Assembly: GCF_006345805.1 (NCBI RefSeq)
Contig: NC_043006.1
Location: 64,790,001-64,854,000 of the forward strand
DNA: 64,000 nt
Reading direction: 5' to 3'
Source: Octopus sinensis
Lineage: Eukaryota
The notes under the pieces are model-generated. The model was given only the letters and a program-made list of their open reading frames with translations. It was not told the origin of the DNA and did not search any database. The translations under genes and the position numbers were made by a program. Positions 13,587 to 26,069 of the stretch are shown piece by piece. How positions within the stretch are numbered: the first letter of the stretch is position 1; every line of letters starts with the position of its first letter.

Positions 13587-13650
13587 CAGATAACGAAGAG
13601 ATGGTGTTGTGGATTTCCACTTCGGCATCTGAAACTCAGAGTTTATCTTG
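13587..13650 (+). ncRNA. Hammerhead-like three-way junction in PLE 3' UTR (sense arm)
   Basis: CAGATAA-CGAAGA-GATG..GTGG/CCAC..CATC-T-GAAACTC-A-GAGTT-TATCT; CGAAGA equals CUGAAGA lacking U4; palindromic stem III. Confidence 0.5.
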
Positions 13651-13680
13651 ACTACCGAGTAATGTAACATATTGTATAGA

Positions 13681-13835
13681 TATATATTATATATATATAT
13701 GTGTATGTATATATATATATATAGATATGTATGTATAATATATATATATATATGTATGTATACTATAATATATATATATATGTATGTAATATATATATAT
13801 ATATATATGTATGTATATATATATATATATATGTA
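13681..13835. repeat. (TA)n-rich microsatellite
   Basis: Directly visible. Confidence 0.9.
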
Positions 13836-14043
13836 TAAATACAGAATTTGAGGAAAGGAAAACAATCCGAGTAAAGGGTTGTTAAAAACAATCCTGATGC
13901 CAATGGGTTTAGCAAATATACTGATAGGATGTTCCTCAATATATATGTATAAGCAGTCTTATAAATTAAAAAGTCAGAAAAAGAAAATGGAGAAGAAAGA
14001 TCAAAAAGATGCAAGGTTTCTCCATTTTTTGGTTTTTAATTTT

Positions 14044-14045
14044 AT

Positions 14046-14076
<31 letters not shown>

Positions 14077-14119
14077 GATATATAGTATATATTAATATAT
14101 ATACACATACATACATGAG

Positions 14120-14156
<37 letters not shown>

Positions 14157-14313
14157 TATATATACATACATACATGAGACTATATAATATACATATATGA
14201 GATATATATTATATAATATGAGACTATATATATACATATATGAGACTATATATATATACATATATGAGACTATATATATATATAATATGAGGACTATATA
14301 TCTATATATATAT

Positions 14314-14353
<40 letters not shown>

Positions 14354-14410
14354 CATACATACATGAGACTAGAATATATACATATATGAGACTATATATA
14401 TATACATATT

Positions 14411-14446
<36 letters not shown>

Positions 14447-15297
14447 TACATACATGAGACTATATTATATATATATATACATACATACATGAGACTATAT
14501 ATATATACATATATGAGACTATATATATATACATATATGAGACTATATATATATACATATATGAGACTATATATATATACATATATGAGACTATATATAA
14601 TACAATATATGAGACTATATATATATACCATATATGAGACTATATATATATACATATATGAGACTATATATATATACATATATGAGACTATATATATATA
14701 CATATATGAGACTATATATATATTATATATATACTATATATATATATATATATACATACATGAGACATATATATGTATGTATATATATATATATACACAT
14801 ACATACACGAGACTATATATATATATACATATATACACGAGATTATGTATATATATATATATATATATATACATATATACACGAGACTATATATATATAC
14901 ATATAACACGAGATTATGTATATATATATATACAATATACACGAGATTATGTATATAATATATACATATATACACGAGATTATGTATATATATATACATA
15001 TATTACACGAGACTATATATATATATATATACATATATACACGAGACTATATATATATATATATACATATATACACGAGACTATATATATATATACATAT
15101 ATACACGAGACTATATATATATATATATATACATATATACACGAGACTATATATATATATACATATAACACATATACGAGACTATATATATATATACATA
15201 TATACACATATAACGAGACTATATATATATATATACATATACACATATATACACGAGACTATATATATATATATACATATACACATATATACACGAG

Positions 15298-15336
<39 letters not shown>

Positions 15337-15346
15337 TACACGAGAC

Positions 15347-15378
<32 letters not shown>

Positions 15379-15790
15379 TATATACACGAGACTATATATA
15401 TATATATATATACACATATATATACACACACATTATACACGAGACTATATATATATATATATACACATTATACACGAGACTTATATATATATATATATAC
15501 ACACACATATATACACGAGACTATATATATATATTATATACACACATACACATATATACACGAGACTATATATATATATATATACACACATATATACACG
15601 AGACTATATATATATATACACAATATATACACGAGACTATATATATATTATATATATATAATATATTATATATATATATATTATATATATATATATATAT
15701 ACACACAACATATATACACGAGATATTATATATATTATATATATACATATATACACGAGACTATATATATATATATATACATATATACAC

Positions 15791-15829
<39 letters not shown>

Positions 15830-15990
15830 TACACGAGAATAGAGATATATATATATATATATATACATATATACACGAGACTATATATATATATAATACA
15901 CATATATACACGAGACTATATATATATATATATATATATACATATATACACGAGACTCTATATATATATATACATACATACACGAGACTA
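14044..15990. repeat. ~24-30 bp minisatellite: GAGAC core plus (TA)n
   Basis: Units GAGACTATATATATATACATATAT (left) and CACGAGAC(TA)nCATATATA (right), dozens of copies. Confidence 0.95.
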
Positions 15991-16539
15991 CACACACACA
16001 CAAACAAAAAATCAACTATATATACTCGCACACATAGATGTATAGGATATAGAGATCAGCAACAAACACAGGAATGGGCAAGGAAATTACAAATGACATT
16101 TTTTGAGAATGTCAGAGATGTGTCGTTTAAACTATGAAGTGAAGTACTTTGGAGTCTGGAATTGTTTAATGCACTTTGGAATCAAAATTGATGTCACATA
16201 CCACACAAAGAAACGGTTTAGTTACTAAAGAAGGCTTGGACTGTAAGGAGGGGAAGTAAAGTGGCATGAAGGAATGTTCCATATACTTTCAGTAACCATC
16301 GTTATGAAAGAATTTGATGTTAAACATGAGAAACTTTTTAAAGAGGATATCGATTCAGAAGTCGAGATACTTGCAGAGGAGGTATTAGAGTTCGTTGCTA
16401 ACCTTAGGTGGGTCGTGGGATTAAACCCTTCACTGAAGCCTATCAGATCTCAGGGGTTCTGGGCCTGACCAAGCTGGCTTTGTAGAAAATATATTTTTAA
16501 CGTAGAAAGGAGGATGGAGGTTTGTCATCCTCGAATACG

Positions 16540-17240
16540 TTTACATACATATATATGCATACACACATACATATATATATATATATGCATATACACATAT
16601 ATATACATACGTACACGCACATATATATACATACGTACACGCACATATATATACATACGTACACGCACATATATACACATACGTACACGCACATATATAC
16701 ACATACGTACACACACATATATACATACGTACACACACATATATACATACGTACACACACATATATATACATACGTACACACACATATATATACATACGT
16801 ACACACACATATATATACATACGTACACACACACATATATATACATACGTACACACACACATATATATACATACGTACACACACACATATATATACATAC
16901 GTACACACACACATATATATACATACGTACACACACACACATATATACATACGTACACACACATATATACATACGTACACACATATATATACATACGTAC
17001 ACACATATATATACATACGTACACACACATATACATACGTACACACACACATATATACATACGTACACACACATATATACATACGTACACACACATATAT
17101 ACATACGTACACACACATATATACATACGTACACACACATATATATACATACGTACACACACATATATATACACACATACATACACACGTACACACACAC
17201 ATATTCACATATACTCATATATACGCAGATATACATAATA
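16540..17240. repeat. ~22-26 bp minisatellite ACATACGTACAC(AC)nATATATAT
   Basis: Directly visible tandem units. Confidence 0.95.
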
Positions 17241-17771
17241 TACACACATGCATACGCACAGACATATACATATATAAGCACACACAAACATGATATCCAT
17301 ATAACCTGATTCTACTGTTTCACTATACATGTGTGCGTATCAAGCGAAAATATTTACACAGGTAGATAAATATTATTCATAAACCAACGACTGACGCTTT
17401 TTAACAATAAACACTCGAGCGATTCAGAGTAATACAGTTTCACTTAAATGTGACATAGCAAATATTTATTTATTAAGTATTAATAATACTTAGATTAACG
17501 ATCTCTGGAAGACAGATAAAAAGCTAAAGTTGAGTTCGTAAACGGGGACGAGGCGAAATCGATCGCCAAAGATATTAAACTCCCGCGCTCTTAGTTTCTG
17601 ACGACTTTTAATAACGACAGGGAAAACAGATGCGCTGGGGACAGGAGAAACTACTAACACACACACACAAAAGCAATTCAAACACAAAGGGTCTATCTCC
17701 CGCCTCCCCACTGCCATATATTTAAATTGTCAAGTAATATATTCCAAGTTATATATATATATATACATATT

Positions 17772-17815
<44 letters not shown>

Positions 17816-20744
17816 GTGTGTGTGTGTGTGTGTGTGTGTAATTAAAAGTTTTTTATAAGCAAAAAAAAAAAAAACTGAACATTAAACAAAAACCAAAAAG
17901 TCTCACAAGTATAGAATAAGATATTTTAAATAATTTTATTGAGTGACTTCGAAGTTTCACCAGTGGTTGGCCTTGTGCAAATGAGTGTGTGAATATATAC
18001 ACACACATATATATATATATATATATAGATAGATGACAAGTCACGAGTATATATAAATATATATAATCACACACATATACACTATATATTCATAGATATA
18101 TGAACGAGTACAATTTAATAGAATGTAATTATATATATATCATCTCTGTTAATATATATGAACAATAGTAATTCTACATTTACAACCAAGAGATAGTGGG
18201 GTTTAAAGAAATAAGGCACAAGATGTGAACCACTATTTAAAACCAAATTGTCAATAGAAACGGTTTAAATACGACGTTTACAACAAAGCGGCATAAAATA
18301 TCCCCCAACATATATAAGAACAAAAAAAGACTGAAAGATTTTGAGAACGGTTACAAGGTGGAACTGAAGGAAGAAAATGTAAAACAGCGATTCCACAATG
18401 AAAGGATCGAAGACTTCGACTTCATATTTAAGGGATTCGTGTAGAATTTCTAAGGAGACAGTAGACCGGGTTGGGGAGTGGGTTAATAACTCACCTATTT
18501 CCAATGAATCCTTCCTAATTAAAAGAAAATTGTTTTGTAAAACAACAAAGACAACATATTTTGAAAGGTTGTAGCTAATTAAATACACAATTAAAATTAG
18601 TTTCCAATAATTTTTATCATTTTAATATACATGAACTACCAAGGTGTCGGTCTTGCGTTGTCGTATAAGTCTGATACATTATACTACAATAATATATATA
18701 TATATATATATATAACAATTAAAGATAAAATCTTAATAAGAAATCTTAACAAGAAATTATCAGGTAGTTAGCGTGAAAAACCTCATAAGAGAAAAAAAAT
18801 CTGAAAATTAATTTTTGGTAGTAATGACTTTGAAAGTCCCTCCTAGCGTGTGGCATTTATGTGTAATAATGCCCTCTATACAATATATATATATATATAG
18901 TTTGGCTATATACGTATATAAGATAATAAATCGTACTAACTATTTAAAACAAATATAAACACACACAATATATTCACATTTACTTTACGATTGATTATTA
19001 CTAAATCTATCGAAGTTAGGTATGCTGGTGTTGGTTGTTTTTTAAAACCAATAAGAATATTTTAAAAAGTTGTGGAGTAAGCGTTGGTTATTCAGAGAGT
19101 TTACGTGGAATGTCGAATAAACAAGAGCAAATAGAATATAAATATATGTGTGTATATATTTATATGTGTAGGAGAGATAGAGAGAAGTGGGGGTGAAAAA
19201 TTCCACTCACTGGTTCCTCGTGTTCTGGTAAACTCTGGTAATGTATATTATGTCTCCTCTTGATGTTCTCTTTAATAACGATGACGGCCAAACTGACTGC
19301 GTATAAATGTACGTGTTTTGTATGTATTCGTCTGTATATGTGTGTAAAATACTTATTTTATTCGAGGATGCTAATGCGCCTGTCTTTCCGAATATCTAAC
19401 ATATGACACACACACAGACTGTGTGTGCGTATATATATGTAGGTGTGTGTTCATATGCTATTTATAACATTAGCATTCATACATATGTATATGTTTGAAA
19501 TGGGTTTTTACACACAACTATACAACTCTGCCGACTGTCACCACCTCTACCGTTACCATCGTCACTGCTCCTCTGCCTCTGTCGCCACCATCTCCGCTGT
19601 CATCATCACAGATCCACCACTACCCTCATCATCAGCGTCATCGTCATCACCGTAGCTTCTGTTCTACTAGTTTCTAACCTTGTTTCTTTTATTGAAAGCA
19701 CCATCGAAAATAGACTATGGTCAAACGGGTTCCAGACGTGACCATCTGTTCTTTCTGTGAGGTTGTCTAGGGCTACATTCATTATCCAATATGTCCCTGC
19801 TTTGTTTTATGACGGTGTGGTGGGAGAGCTGACTGCTATTTCTAGCATGTGTTACTACCAGCAGTAGTAGTAGTAGTAATAGTAGTAGTAGTACTAATAA
19901 CAGTTGTTTGTGTTGCTTAACCCCAGGTCAGCCTTCCTGCTATAACCATCTTCGTCGTTTTTTAGGGATATGTCTATGTCTACCCACCTTGTCTAATGTA
20001 CGATTTCTTATTTGAAGACGGTTGGGTTGGATATAAGTTGAAGGTGATTTTTAGTTGCTATTTCTAGCAAGCCGGGCGACCACGTAGAAGCTCCCTCGTT
20101 GGCTAGTACTAGTAGTAGTGGTAGTAGTTAGTTACTTAATGTCTATAAACTCCGTTCCAAGATACATCACACGGATGTTCTGGAATGCATCACCATCAGT
20201 GATGTTTCTGTGGGTTTTCACAAGGATTTCGGGTTATTTCAACATCAAACCGCCTCCCTTCTTGACCAACTCCCAGCTGTTTCCAGCAAGTCAAGCTGCT
20301 TGCCATATAGAAGCTAACTAGTTTATTATTTAATGATTATAATAACCATAATAGATACAAAACTGAAAATTTATAAGCTGGGGGAAAAAAAGTCGCAAGA
20401 GAACTTTTTTCGCTTGTTCCATTGTATTTTTTTTTTTGTTTTCTTTTTCAAGATATCCGGAAAAAATGTGACTATTTTTTTCACATACGTATAATGCTTT
20501 TAAGAACATTAAGTGTGTATATACGTATATTTTGTCAAGTAGAGTTGGCTTAATAAAGTGATTTAAAAATCATGTTCAATTACTATAATCTATAATTTAT
20601 GGTACTTAAATGAAAAATGTATTTTTTCTCCATCTTTATTTAAAATTATGAAACTTTTTCTGCGACATTTTTTCGCAACATATTTTTTCTATGATTTTAT
20701 TTACGTTCATCAAACATGTTGTAAAGTTACTTTTAGTTAGATGT

Positions 20745-21180
20745 TAGTAGTAGTAGTAGTAGTAGTAGTAGTAATGGTTGTAGTAGTAGTTGCAGCACAA
20801 ACTGAAACAGTAGTAGCCGTAGTGGTAGTAGTTCTGTGCTAGTGGTGGTTGTGAGTAGTAGTAGTAGTAGTAGTAGTAATATATTAGCAGTAGTAGTGGT
20901 GATGGTGTTAGTGGTTGTGGTAACAGTGAATGTGGTAGTGGTTGTGGTAGAAGTGGTGATTGTGGTAGTAGTAGTAGTGGCTGTAGTTGTAGTAGTGGTG
21001 GTGGCGATGGTGGTAGTAGTAGTAGTAATGGTGGTGGTGGTAGTTAGTAATAGTAGTGATGGTGGCAGTGATGTAGTAGTAGTAGTAGTAGACGATTAGT
21101 AGTATTAGTGGTGGTTGTGGTTTTGGAGGTAGTGGTTGTGGTGGCGGTGATGGTGATGGTAGTAGTGGTTGGTGATGATG
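20745..21180. repeat. (GTA)n/(GTG)n compound microsatellite
   Basis: Directly visible. Confidence 0.95.
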
Positions 21181-21690
21181 AAACAACGACAGACTGTAAG
21201 CTCATCCAACGAAACCCACTCCCTTCAGATGTCGTTAATCGCTAATCTTTCGGTTGCCGTTACTCTTCCGTCACATATTTCACATAACAAAGGTTACATT
21301 ATCCGAATTTTTATTATTTTTCGGCTCCATAAAATAACTCAGCTGAGTGAATCAACGAGTCCCCTTACCTGGTTTTTCCAACGACTAGAAATAGCAACCA
21401 AATCTCCTCTAAGACTTAGAACAACTGACTTAGAACAAAAAAAAGGAGGGGGGGGGCAAAGGAGATATTGTACGATATAATCTGAGATTATTTACAGCAA
21501 GACAAAATTGCTATGGCCTTCGATCACAGATGTGTTAAATTAAGGGTGACCGTGGGTTAAAATAACTATTACTGCTGGTGCTTATTCTATCGGTGTTTCG
21601 CCGAACCGCTATGCTACAGGGACGTAAACAAACCAACAGCGATTGTCAAGTGGTAGGGATTGGAACGAACACAAATACACGTATACGTAC

Positions 21691-21731
<41 letters not shown>

Positions 21732-21735
<4 letters not shown>

Positions 21736-22179
21736 CAGCATAGCCCGGCGTTGCCCGGGTATGTAAGAGCCCCTAGTAGGCAACGACTAATCCCAATCTA
21801 GTCCTTTCCCTCTAGGGAATGAAGGCGCATGTGTAGGTTGCAATGTCTTCTCTTCACTCGAATACTTCTGTGTATACGATGTTCCTAGCTGTCCCTTTGG
21901 GCGAAATCATGAAAGCATCATTGCGCCTCCCAACGCGTGATCAGCCCATGTACAGCCCAGAAAATGTGTTGCATATAAAAAGCTTAGATTCTCGACCCCA
22001 TGTCGGATTTATCGAGTTTTTCAGAACTGGGGGAACTTTTCAAAATTTTCTCTGCGTTAGTTTTGAATTATGACATTGGGCTATGTGTGTGTCAAGTTTC
22101 ATCAGAATCGGTTGAAAGCCGTGGTCAGGGTGAGGGTACAACCTGACAGACACACAGACACACAGACAGACAAACTACC

Positions 22180-22190
<11 letters not shown>
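21732..22190 (-). mobile_element. Non-autonomous Helitron
   Basis: rc ends CCCGGGCAACGCCGGG hairpin ..CTGCTAA|T; other end has (TCTG)n then (TA)n; same 3' end as 45978-46371. Confidence 0.75.
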
Positions 22191-22224
<34 letters not shown>

Positions 22225-22226
<2 letters not shown>

Positions 22227-22458
22227 ATAATCCTGCGCCATAACGCGGTTCACCTATCGCGGTTTATTATTTAAGCTTACGCCGATTCTTTTGTGGTGTT
22301 ATTTTGCATTTATGATAAAATAAATATATACAATATATACAAATTATAAAGATAATAAACAAAAAGATATACAGTACAGTACTGTTTCAGCTTCTCGGAT
22401 TTTCACCTATCGCGGGGTGTTTTGGAACGTAACACCTGCGATAGTGAAGAGATTATTG
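22225..22458. mobile_element. Tc1/mariner (pogo/Tigger-like) MITE
   Basis: Imperfect TIRs CAATAATCC.. / ..GATTATTG followed by TA; internal CACCTATCGCGG repeats. Confidence 0.6.
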
Positions 22459-22474
22459 TATACATACATATGTA

Positions 22475-22862
22475 ATCTAGGCACAAGGCACGAAATTTCG
22501 GGGGAGGGGGCCAATTGATTAGATCGATCTCAGTATGCAACTGGTACTTAATTTATCGACCCCGAAAGGATGAAAGGCAAAGTCGACCTCGGTGGAATTT
22601 GAACTCAGAACGTAAAGACAGATGAAATAACTATTTCTTAAACTGCCCACAAGGGGCTGAACATAGAGGGGACAAACAAGGACAGGCAAAGGGATTAAGT
22701 CGATTACATCGACCCCAGTGCGTAACTGGTACTTAATTTATCGACCCCGAAAGATTGAAAGGCAAAGTCGACCTCGGCGGAATTTGAACTCAGAACGTAA
22801 CGGCAGACGAAAAACCGCTTAGCATTTCGTCCGGCGTGTTAACGTTTCTGCCAGGTCGCCTT
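22475..22862 (-). mobile_element. Two adjacent SINE family C copies (one partial, one full)
   Basis: Two ACTTAATTTATCGACCCCGAAAG..GTCGACCTCGG..GAATTTGAACTCAGAACG blocks. Confidence 0.85.
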
Positions 22863-22867
22863 ATTTC

Positions 22868-23120
<253 letters not shown>

Positions 23121-23188
23121 GTGTGTGTGGTGGTCTGTACGTGTGTATTATATATATATATATACACACGTACAGACACACACACACA

Positions 23189-23345
23189 CAGGCCAGCTCA
23201 AGATACCAGCAACTCGGGCGGCGCCGAGGCGCCATGTGCTAGGGGGCGCCAAAGAGGCGTGACATAGACAAGGAAATTTCACGACGGTCATCTTGTACAC
23301 GCCGAAGTTCAGCTTGCCCGGGGCGCCAGCAAACCTAGGCCGGCC

Positions 23346-23348
<3 letters not shown>
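23189..23348. mobile_element. GC-rich MITE (hAT-like TIR)
   Basis: Ends CAGGCCAGCTC.. / ..GGCCGGCCCTG; lies in microsatellite so TSD not assessable. Confidence 0.55.
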
Positions 23349-23384
<36 letters not shown>

Positions 23385-23393
<9 letters not shown>

Positions 23394-23567
23394 TTACAGG
23401 TTTCTAACAGTTTCCGTCAACCAAACACATTCACAAGTCTTTGGTCAGCCCGAGGCTACAGGAGAAAACACTTGCCCAAGGTGCAGCGCAGTGGGACTGA
23501 ATCCAGAACCATGAGGTTGGGAAGCAAGCTTCTTACCACACAGCAATGTCTGCGCCTATTACGTCTC
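23385..23567 (-). mobile_element. SINE family A head
   Basis: rc of head through GGAAACTG. Confidence 0.85.
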
Positions 23568-23670
23568 GTAATATATATCGGTTCGTCAAAAGGAGATCGA
23601 TAGAATAAGTACCAGACTTTTTTTAAAATGATAATTACTGGGTTGATTTTTTCGACTGAAAACCCTTCAA

Positions 23671-23829
23671 TGACATTATTTACATTATTTACATTTGACG
23701 GATATTTGTCCTCATCTTGTTTGTTGTTAATACAACGTTTCGGCTGATATACTCTCCAGCCTTCTTCAGGTGTCTTGGCGAAATTTCGAACCTGGATTCC
23801 CATTCCTAAGGTATTTTTCAATGTTGTTG

Positions 23830-23873
<44 letters not shown>

Positions 23874-23963
23874 GTTATTGTTGTTGTTCAGGTCACTGCT
23901 TGGAATGGAACTCGGAATTTTGGAATTAGTAGCCCGCGCTCTTAACCACTACGCCATATGCCC
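23671..23963 (-). mobile_element. SINE family E (tRNA head, (AAT)n, hammerhead-bearing body); complete head, 3'-short
   Basis: rc begins GGGCATATGGCGTAGTGGTTAAG (A box TGGCGTAGTGG), GAGTTCCATTCC (B-box-like), (AAT)n, then body. Confidence 0.85.
23729..23774 (-). ncRNA. Minimal type I hammerhead-like motif
   Basis: rc: GACAC-CTGAAGA-A-GGCTG-GAGAGTATAT-CAGCC-GAAACGTT-GTATT; palindromic ACGU stem III, GUU triplet, one stem I mismatch. Confidence 0.65.
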
Positions 23964-24033
23964 GTTAAGAGCGCGGGCTACTAACCCCAAAATTCCGAGT
24001 TCCATTCCAAGCAGTGACCTGAACAACAACAAC

Positions 24034-24070
<37 letters not shown>

Positions 24071-24259
24071 TCGAAAAATACCTTAGGAATGAGAACCCAG
24101 GTTCGAAATTTCCCCAAGACACCTGAAGAAGGCTGGAGGCTATATCAGTCGAAATGTTGTGTTAACAACAAACCAGATAAGGAAAAATATCCGTCGAATC
24201 TAAATAATGTAAATACTATAAATAATGTACATAATTCCTCATCTCGTAAATATAGAACC
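23964..24259 (+). mobile_element. SINE family E, second copy lacking the first 17 nt, 3'-complete
   Basis: Starts GTTAAGAGCGCGGG directly against the inverted copy; ends CATCTCGTAAATATAGAACC. Confidence 0.85.
24118..24163 (+). ncRNA. Minimal type I hammerhead-like motif
   Basis: GACAC-CTGAAGA-A-GGCTG-GAGGCTATAT-CAGTC-GAAATGTT-GTGTT; stem I GACAC/GTGTT intact, C>T at the stem III CpG. Confidence 0.6.
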
Positions 24260-26069
24260 ACCCTTCTAGGAGTTGTCCCAGCATGGCCGCAGTTTAATGG
24301 TTGCAGCGAGTAAAAGAAATATACTCACCGTCTGACGTATTTAACTTAGTTTTTGGTTCTCATTAAATTATGCCGCATTAAGTGGCTGAATGTCCCATAG
24401 AAACTTTTGCCCTTAGCGTAACCTTCACAAAGATTTAGTTGTGAAGTGGTCGAGGGGTGCTGGCGAGGGGGAAGTCCGCTCCTGATGACGCGTTATTGGG
24501 GAAACACTTCTGGGTCTGCTGTATAAGCTTAGGGTACCATGATGGGGTACTCGAACTCAAGGGCTTCCCCGGGCGGCACACGCTTCAGCTACACCATTGG
24601 TTGAACCCTTGAGCTATCGTTTCTGTGTGTCAGGCGTGTTAGGGTTAGTTTCTGTCTTTCGTTGATAGTGTGGGTGGCTGAGTACTCCTCAGACTTTTGA
24701 GCCCTTAACGTAATCCTTAGACAATCTCTAAGTGGGACGGCGTGTGTCTAGACTGAACCTAGTGAACCTTTCAATTACAGTCCATCTGACGAACCTCCAT
24801 ACTGTTGCCTTCTAACCCGGTTTCACTCACAAAGTTTGGGTTGTTCGATGCAATGGTAGAATGCGTTTGGGCAATGTAACCTGCAGTGGAATTGAACATG
24901 TGACCTCATAACTGGGAAGTCAAGTTCTTAACCATTTGGCCATGACAATGTCTAGTGTATGATCCTTAGTTAGAACGGAAGGACTGTCTTTTTCAACTTA
25001 CTTGCTCCTAATCAGCTTCAGTGCAGTTAGAGCTATGTTAAAGGTATAATATGATATTTAAATAATATTTATATACTACATAAAACACAAAAAAGAAATT
25101 TATTATAAGGATATTGGTAATTTAGTATTAAATGATTTTTAATATATTAGTTGATATTTCAGTATATTTATTTATACAGTGGATACACAGACACACACAC
25201 ACACACACACAAGCAGAAAAGGCAAATATACAAGCGAAGGTGCAAGGACTGTTTTTACAAAGAATATTGCGTCTAAAAATACAAATAAAGGAATGATATA
25301 TTCAAGTCTTTACGGCTGTTTCGGATAAATAATGGCTGGTGTTATAAGCATGTATATTGTATATATTATGTAAGCTCGTACTTACAGTTGACTTCCTACA
25401 TCAGTGCTACCTGCCCTGGACGAAGAAGCTGGAGTCTCTATTTTCTTTTTAATATTACTTGGTGGCTATCTAAATTGCGCTTGCTTTAAAATTTTTCAAC
25501 ACACACTTTATATATACATGTGTGTGTGTGTGTGTAATACACACATACATACACACACACATGCGCACGCATGTATGTATGTATGCGTGTTTTTTAAGAA
25601 ACTGACACAGTCCCGCAATACACCTAGTTCGTCATGATTCAATGGGCTTTTGATCAAAAGCGTTCCAGCTGTGACCATACAGCCTTTGTTCAGAGATTGT
25701 GCAGTGACACTAAGCATTCGAAACCCTGTCAGTTCTGTAACGAGAAAAGGCCACGGCATATCAGTTTCCGTATTTTGCGACGACACTCCTTATTAGCTGA
25801 TCTTGGCCCACATTTCAGCCAATCGTTGTTCTGGCGCATAAGATCAATGAAAAAAATTTATTAACCTTGCCAAATCATAGTTATAAATTGACATGCGCAG
25901 GAAACACAAGGCAGAAGAGCCAGAGGACTTGTAGAGGTTTTCGTGGTTGACCGGACGTGTTGCAGCTATGACGTCTTGGAAAAAAGTTCTCCTTTCGCCA
26001 AGCGTACTTTCACACACGCTAGTTACTAATATTCAGCTTAACAAACTTTCTGTAGAGCAACAATTGTAG

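Larger units (their letters stand above)
11165..13680 (+). mobile_element. Penelope-like element (5'-truncated RT + GIY-YIG) preceded by an inverted copy of its own 3' ~1 kb
   Basis: Sense 12271-13680 reads, across indels, ICDLIGLFLL..AIY(R)DDAL..VNFLDVSLDL..VIWFTPPY..CSC..CPLNG.C..IIYK..YVGLTEGNFKARFN.H..CGLCDMER..LNTRTELFGSCPHVTKFLL. 11231-12270 is the reverse complement of 12786-13680. Confidence 0.9.
23575..24318 (+). mobile_element. SINE family A body split by the family E insertion
   Basis: GATAGAATAAGTACC..GACTGAAAACCCTTCAA | insertion | ACCCTTCTAGG..CCAGCATGGCCGCAG..TAAAAGA. Confidence 0.75.

Noticed and set aside
13891-13930. CTGATG..AGGAT hammerhead candidate
   Set aside because: No GAAA and no valid NUH in register
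14044-15990. CRISPR-like periodic GAGAC array
   Set aside because: Spacers are TA microsatellite rather than unique sequence; eukaryotic context; no cas genes
14121-17293. Many long ORFs of up to 308 aa (YI, TH, VC repeats)
   Set aside because: Stop-free translations of TA/CA minisatellites, open on both strands
23890-23963. Functional tRNA gene
   Set aside because: Acceptor and anticodon stems mispair, the B box is degenerate, and it continues into (AAT)n and a SINE body
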